IMG/VR virus record: IMGVR_UViG_3300005613_000028
Location: 1 to 64,000 of that record
DNA from: a virus
Length of the DNA stretch: 64,000 nt
Direction: 5' to 3' (one strand)
Under the pieces are notes generated by a model. It was not told the DNA's origin, made no database searches, and worked only from the letters and a program-made list of their open reading frames with translations. Made by a program: the position numbers and the translations under genes. Below are positions 62,254 to 64,000 of the stretch, one piece after another; within the stretch, counting starts at the first letter, position 1, and each line of letters starts with the position of its first letter.

Positions 62254-62275
62254 AATAAATATTGATTACATATAG

Positions 62276-62878
62276 TTATATAGTATAGTCAAATTTTTCG
62301 CAATTTAAGTTGACTAAATTCTTCAAAATCTTCCCTTGACCTTTAATTTCCTTTTTTAATGTTTTAACTCTTTTCATAACTATAATTATATCAGTATATT
62401 TGCTAAGCATATTAGCTTTATTTGATAAATAAGGGTTTAAAATAATTAAAATAGTTCGATTTTTCTTAACTTTTTCTCTTAATAATTTTAAATTTTGGTC
62501 AAATTGAGTATAATCCCCATTTAATGGTAAAAGATTCAATACAGAGTCAATGACAGTGATTGAGAGGTATTTTAAGAGGGGTTCTTGAGATAAGATGTCA
62601 AAGGTTTCTTGTGGGCTTTGAGGCTGTAATAATAAAGTTTGATGATTTATCAAATTATGATCTAAATTATAGTCTGCATCTACATATAATCCTTGCCCAT
62701 CTTGATTCTGTATATTGTTCAATAAATTAATGCTAAATTTAACTATCCCAGAATTATGAAGCCCTCTTAGTTCAATTATAGAACATTTAGGAATATCTAA
62801 GAATTCTGTTTTAAAAACAGGGATTTCTTTAGGTTTAGATTTTTTTAAGATTTGGTTTTCGAAATCTTTAAGAGCCAT
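62276..62878 (-). CDS. RecA-core paralog with degenerate Walker A
   Basis: 'CSIIELRGLHNSGIVKFSINLLNN..GLYVDADYNLD' aligns with RecA 'GRIvEiyGpeSSGKTTLaL....g...fIDaEhAlD' but lacks the P-loop GK[ST]. Walker B-like 'ITVIDSVLNLLP'. Confidence 0.5.
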   Translation of the reverse strand: MALKDFENQILKKSKPKEIPVFKTEFLDIPKCSIIELRGLHNSGIVKFSINLLNNIQNQDGQGLYVDADYNLDHNLINHQTLLLQPQSPQETFDILSQEPLLKYLSITVIDSVLNLLPLNGDYTQFDQNLKLLREKVKKNRTILIILNPYLSNKANMLSKYTDIIIVMKRVKTLKKEIKGQGKILKNLVNLNCEKFDYTI

Positions 62879-63857
62879 CTTTATCCTTTCTCCATCTCTC
62901 CATTACTGGATGGCGTGGTAAATCTTTAGCCCCTATTAACATTCCTTTATACTCTATCCATCTTCCAATATAAGTTTCTCTATTCTTCCAAATTTTTTCT
63001 TTTTCAATGTCGGTCATAGCAATTACTACTTTTAAATCTTTTCCTTCATATTTAACTAAAAAAGCGGAAGCCTTTTCAATTAAAATTCTATCATCTTTCT
63101 TTTTACTTGTAACACTCCTCCCAAGCTCATTGGTTTTCTTTTCTGCATTTGGGTCAACTTTTGTAGCTTGGATAACATTTATAATTTTAGCATCAAAGGT
63201 TCTGTAAGGTTTGAGCTTGAATACATTTTGTTCTTTCAGCGTACATCTTCCACACTTATATTTTCCTTGTGGATTTCTAAGAATTAATCCTTCCTCTCCA
63301 TTATCTAATGCTATATCAAAATGTTTTTCAATTTCTTCTTTACTATGTAATAAATATTCTTGAACAGAATACATTATTTCTGGAAATAACATAGCTATGG
63401 TTTCTACTAATTGAACTCTATCAATAAAAGGTGTATCTAAATTATCATCTTTAATAGCGTCAAAACAATGAAATTTTAAATGTTCTGGTGTCTTTTTTAT
63501 TTCTCCATATTTTTTGATTGATTTAGGGTCAGAAAAATCCATTGTCATGACAAAAGAAACAATCTCTTGAAATGTTAAATCTGGAGAATAAATTTCTCCA
63601 TCTAAAATTAAATTATATTCTTTAGTATAATCTGCAAGAGGTTGAAGTTTTTTTCTTAATTGTTTATTTTGAATTTGTTTTAAAGAACGAGAGAGAATTT
63701 CTCCTTTATATAAGATACACCTAATTCCGTCAATCTTATTTGAAATTAACAGAGGGTAATTTATCTCGTCTAGGTTTGGTTGTTGATTTGGTGCAAGAAG
63801 CGGAGTGAATTTAGGTTTCATATGTGCCTCCATATTTTTCTGTGTATAATTTCCCAC
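62868..63857 (-). CDS. ATP-dependent DNA ligase
   Basis: Motif I 'SNKIDGIRC', III 'LILDGEIY', IV 'EGLILRNP', V 'VFKLKP'. The likely true start is ATG 63821 (GGAGG 5 nt upstream, ATGA overlap). Confidence 0.85.
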   Translation of the reverse strand: MGNYTQKNMEAHMKPKFTPLLAPNQQPNLDEINYPLLISNKIDGIRCILYKGEILSRSLKQIQNKQLRKKLQPLADYTKEYNLILDGEIYSPDLTFQEIVSFVMTMDFSDPKSIKKYGEIKKTPEHLKFHCFDAIKDDNLDTPFIDRVQLVETIAMLFPEIMYSVQEYLLHSKEEIEKHFDIALDNGEEGLILRNPQGKYKCGRCTLKEQNVFKLKPYRTFDAKIINVIQATKVDPNAEKKTNELGRSVTSKKKDDRILIEKASAFLVKYEGKDLKVVIAMTDIEKEKIWKNRETYIGRWIEYKGMLIGAKDLPRHPVMERWRKDKDGS

Positions 63858-64000
63858 ACAGTTGTTTTATTTAGCTTAAAGCGTTCAGCTAATTCTCTCA
63901 TATTATGAAATGGAAAACTTTTTCTTATAAATTTAACATCTTTTTCAGTTAATTTACTCCAAGAACATTCTTCTCCTCTAACCATAATATGTAATTTCAT
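63818..64000 (-). CDS. HTH protein of the type found in HNH/NUMOD4 homing endonucleases, possibly truncated by the window edge
   Basis: 'SWSKLTEKDVKFIRKSFPFHNMRELAERFKLNKTTVWEIIHRKIWRHI' matches the (a)KLte.dV..IR....s...lA..f.vs...i..I..g..W pattern. The ORF touches nt 64000. Confidence 0.45.
   Translation of the reverse strand: MKLHIMVRGEECSWSKLTEKDVKFIRKSFPFHNMRELAERFKLNKTTVWEIIHRKIWRHI

Noticed and set aside
595-63207. Remaining short antisense track ORFs: 595..921, 2389..2604, 4132..4323, 4362..4580, 4690..4905, 6358..6561, 9013..9210, 11738..11920, 12684..12893, 14238..14465, 18532..18822, 23703..23921, 24205..24402, 28071..28349, 30320..30523, 32457..32639, 39689..39901, 40241..40474, 46011..46226, 51563..51799, 55268..55459, 55336..55548, 58320..58589, 60099..60281, 63007..63207
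   Set aside because: Each is nested in, or antisense to, a longer motif-bearing or operon-consistent ORF. AT-rich DNA produces such frames by chance, and their translations are low-complexity F/L/I/S-rich.
28432-63857. Long 5' extensions of several track ORFs (starts at 28480, 47390, 47855, 48970, 49617, 60181, 61742, 63857, 12419, 14251)
   Set aside because: In each case the extension lacks an SD and overlaps an upstream gene or a promoter. A downstream ATG, GTG or TTG with a well-spaced SD, often in an ATGA/TAATG overlap, is a better start. I kept the track coordinates but flagged them in the evidence.
1-64000. Temperate lifestyle or prophage context
   Set aside because: I recognised no integrase, CI/Cro-like repressor pair, attachment site or flanking bacterial genes. 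Both window edges fall inside phage-type genes, so I make no lysogeny claim.

Overview
This window looks like most of the genome of an AT-rich tailed dsDNA phage (about 30% G+C by eye, not computed). I saw no rRNA, tRNA, CRISPR array, integrase or repressor. The layout is two convergent blocks. Nt 1-25270 on the + strand is the late structural module: a LamG-domain protein, large terminase, a portal with a ChaB-like tail, an inserted homing endonuclease, a protease/scaffold fusion, major capsid, connector genes, a putative major tail protein, chaperones, an 833-aa tape measure, and LamG-type fibre and receptor-binding cassettes. This order resembles a siphovirus. Nt 25248-64000 on the - strand is a tightly packed early/middle block, where most genes join by ATGA or TAATG overlaps. 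It encodes family-B DNA polymerase, prim-pol/helicase, RecA, SSB, Rad50/Mre11-like proteins, RuvC, an Hjc-like nuclease, FEN, a DEDDh exonuclease, DNA ligase, RNA ligase, polynucleotide kinase, four metallophosphoesterases, ClpP and a DNA methyltransferase. It also carries a glycosyltransferase/methyltransferase island, a sulfotransferase, and two nucleoside-deoxyribosyltransferase-like paralogs. One of those paralogs is split by a LAGLIDADG intein. Four nearly identical sigma70-type promoters (TTGACA-N17-TATACT with a TG extension) divide the - strand into transcription units. That points to a bacterial host with canonical promoters and AAGGAG Shine-Dalgarno sites, but I cannot name the host. 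The most unusual items are the intein/NDT/dNTP-hydrolase cluster, the glycan-modification island, promoters embedded in gene 3' ends, a roughly 300-nt noncoding region with inverted repeats and four tandem hairpins, a receptor-binding cassette flanked by 48-bp exact repeats, several homing-endonuclease insertion scars, and many Cys-rich micro-ORFs below the ORF-track cutoff. Every functional call rests on motifs read by eye. No database search was run.
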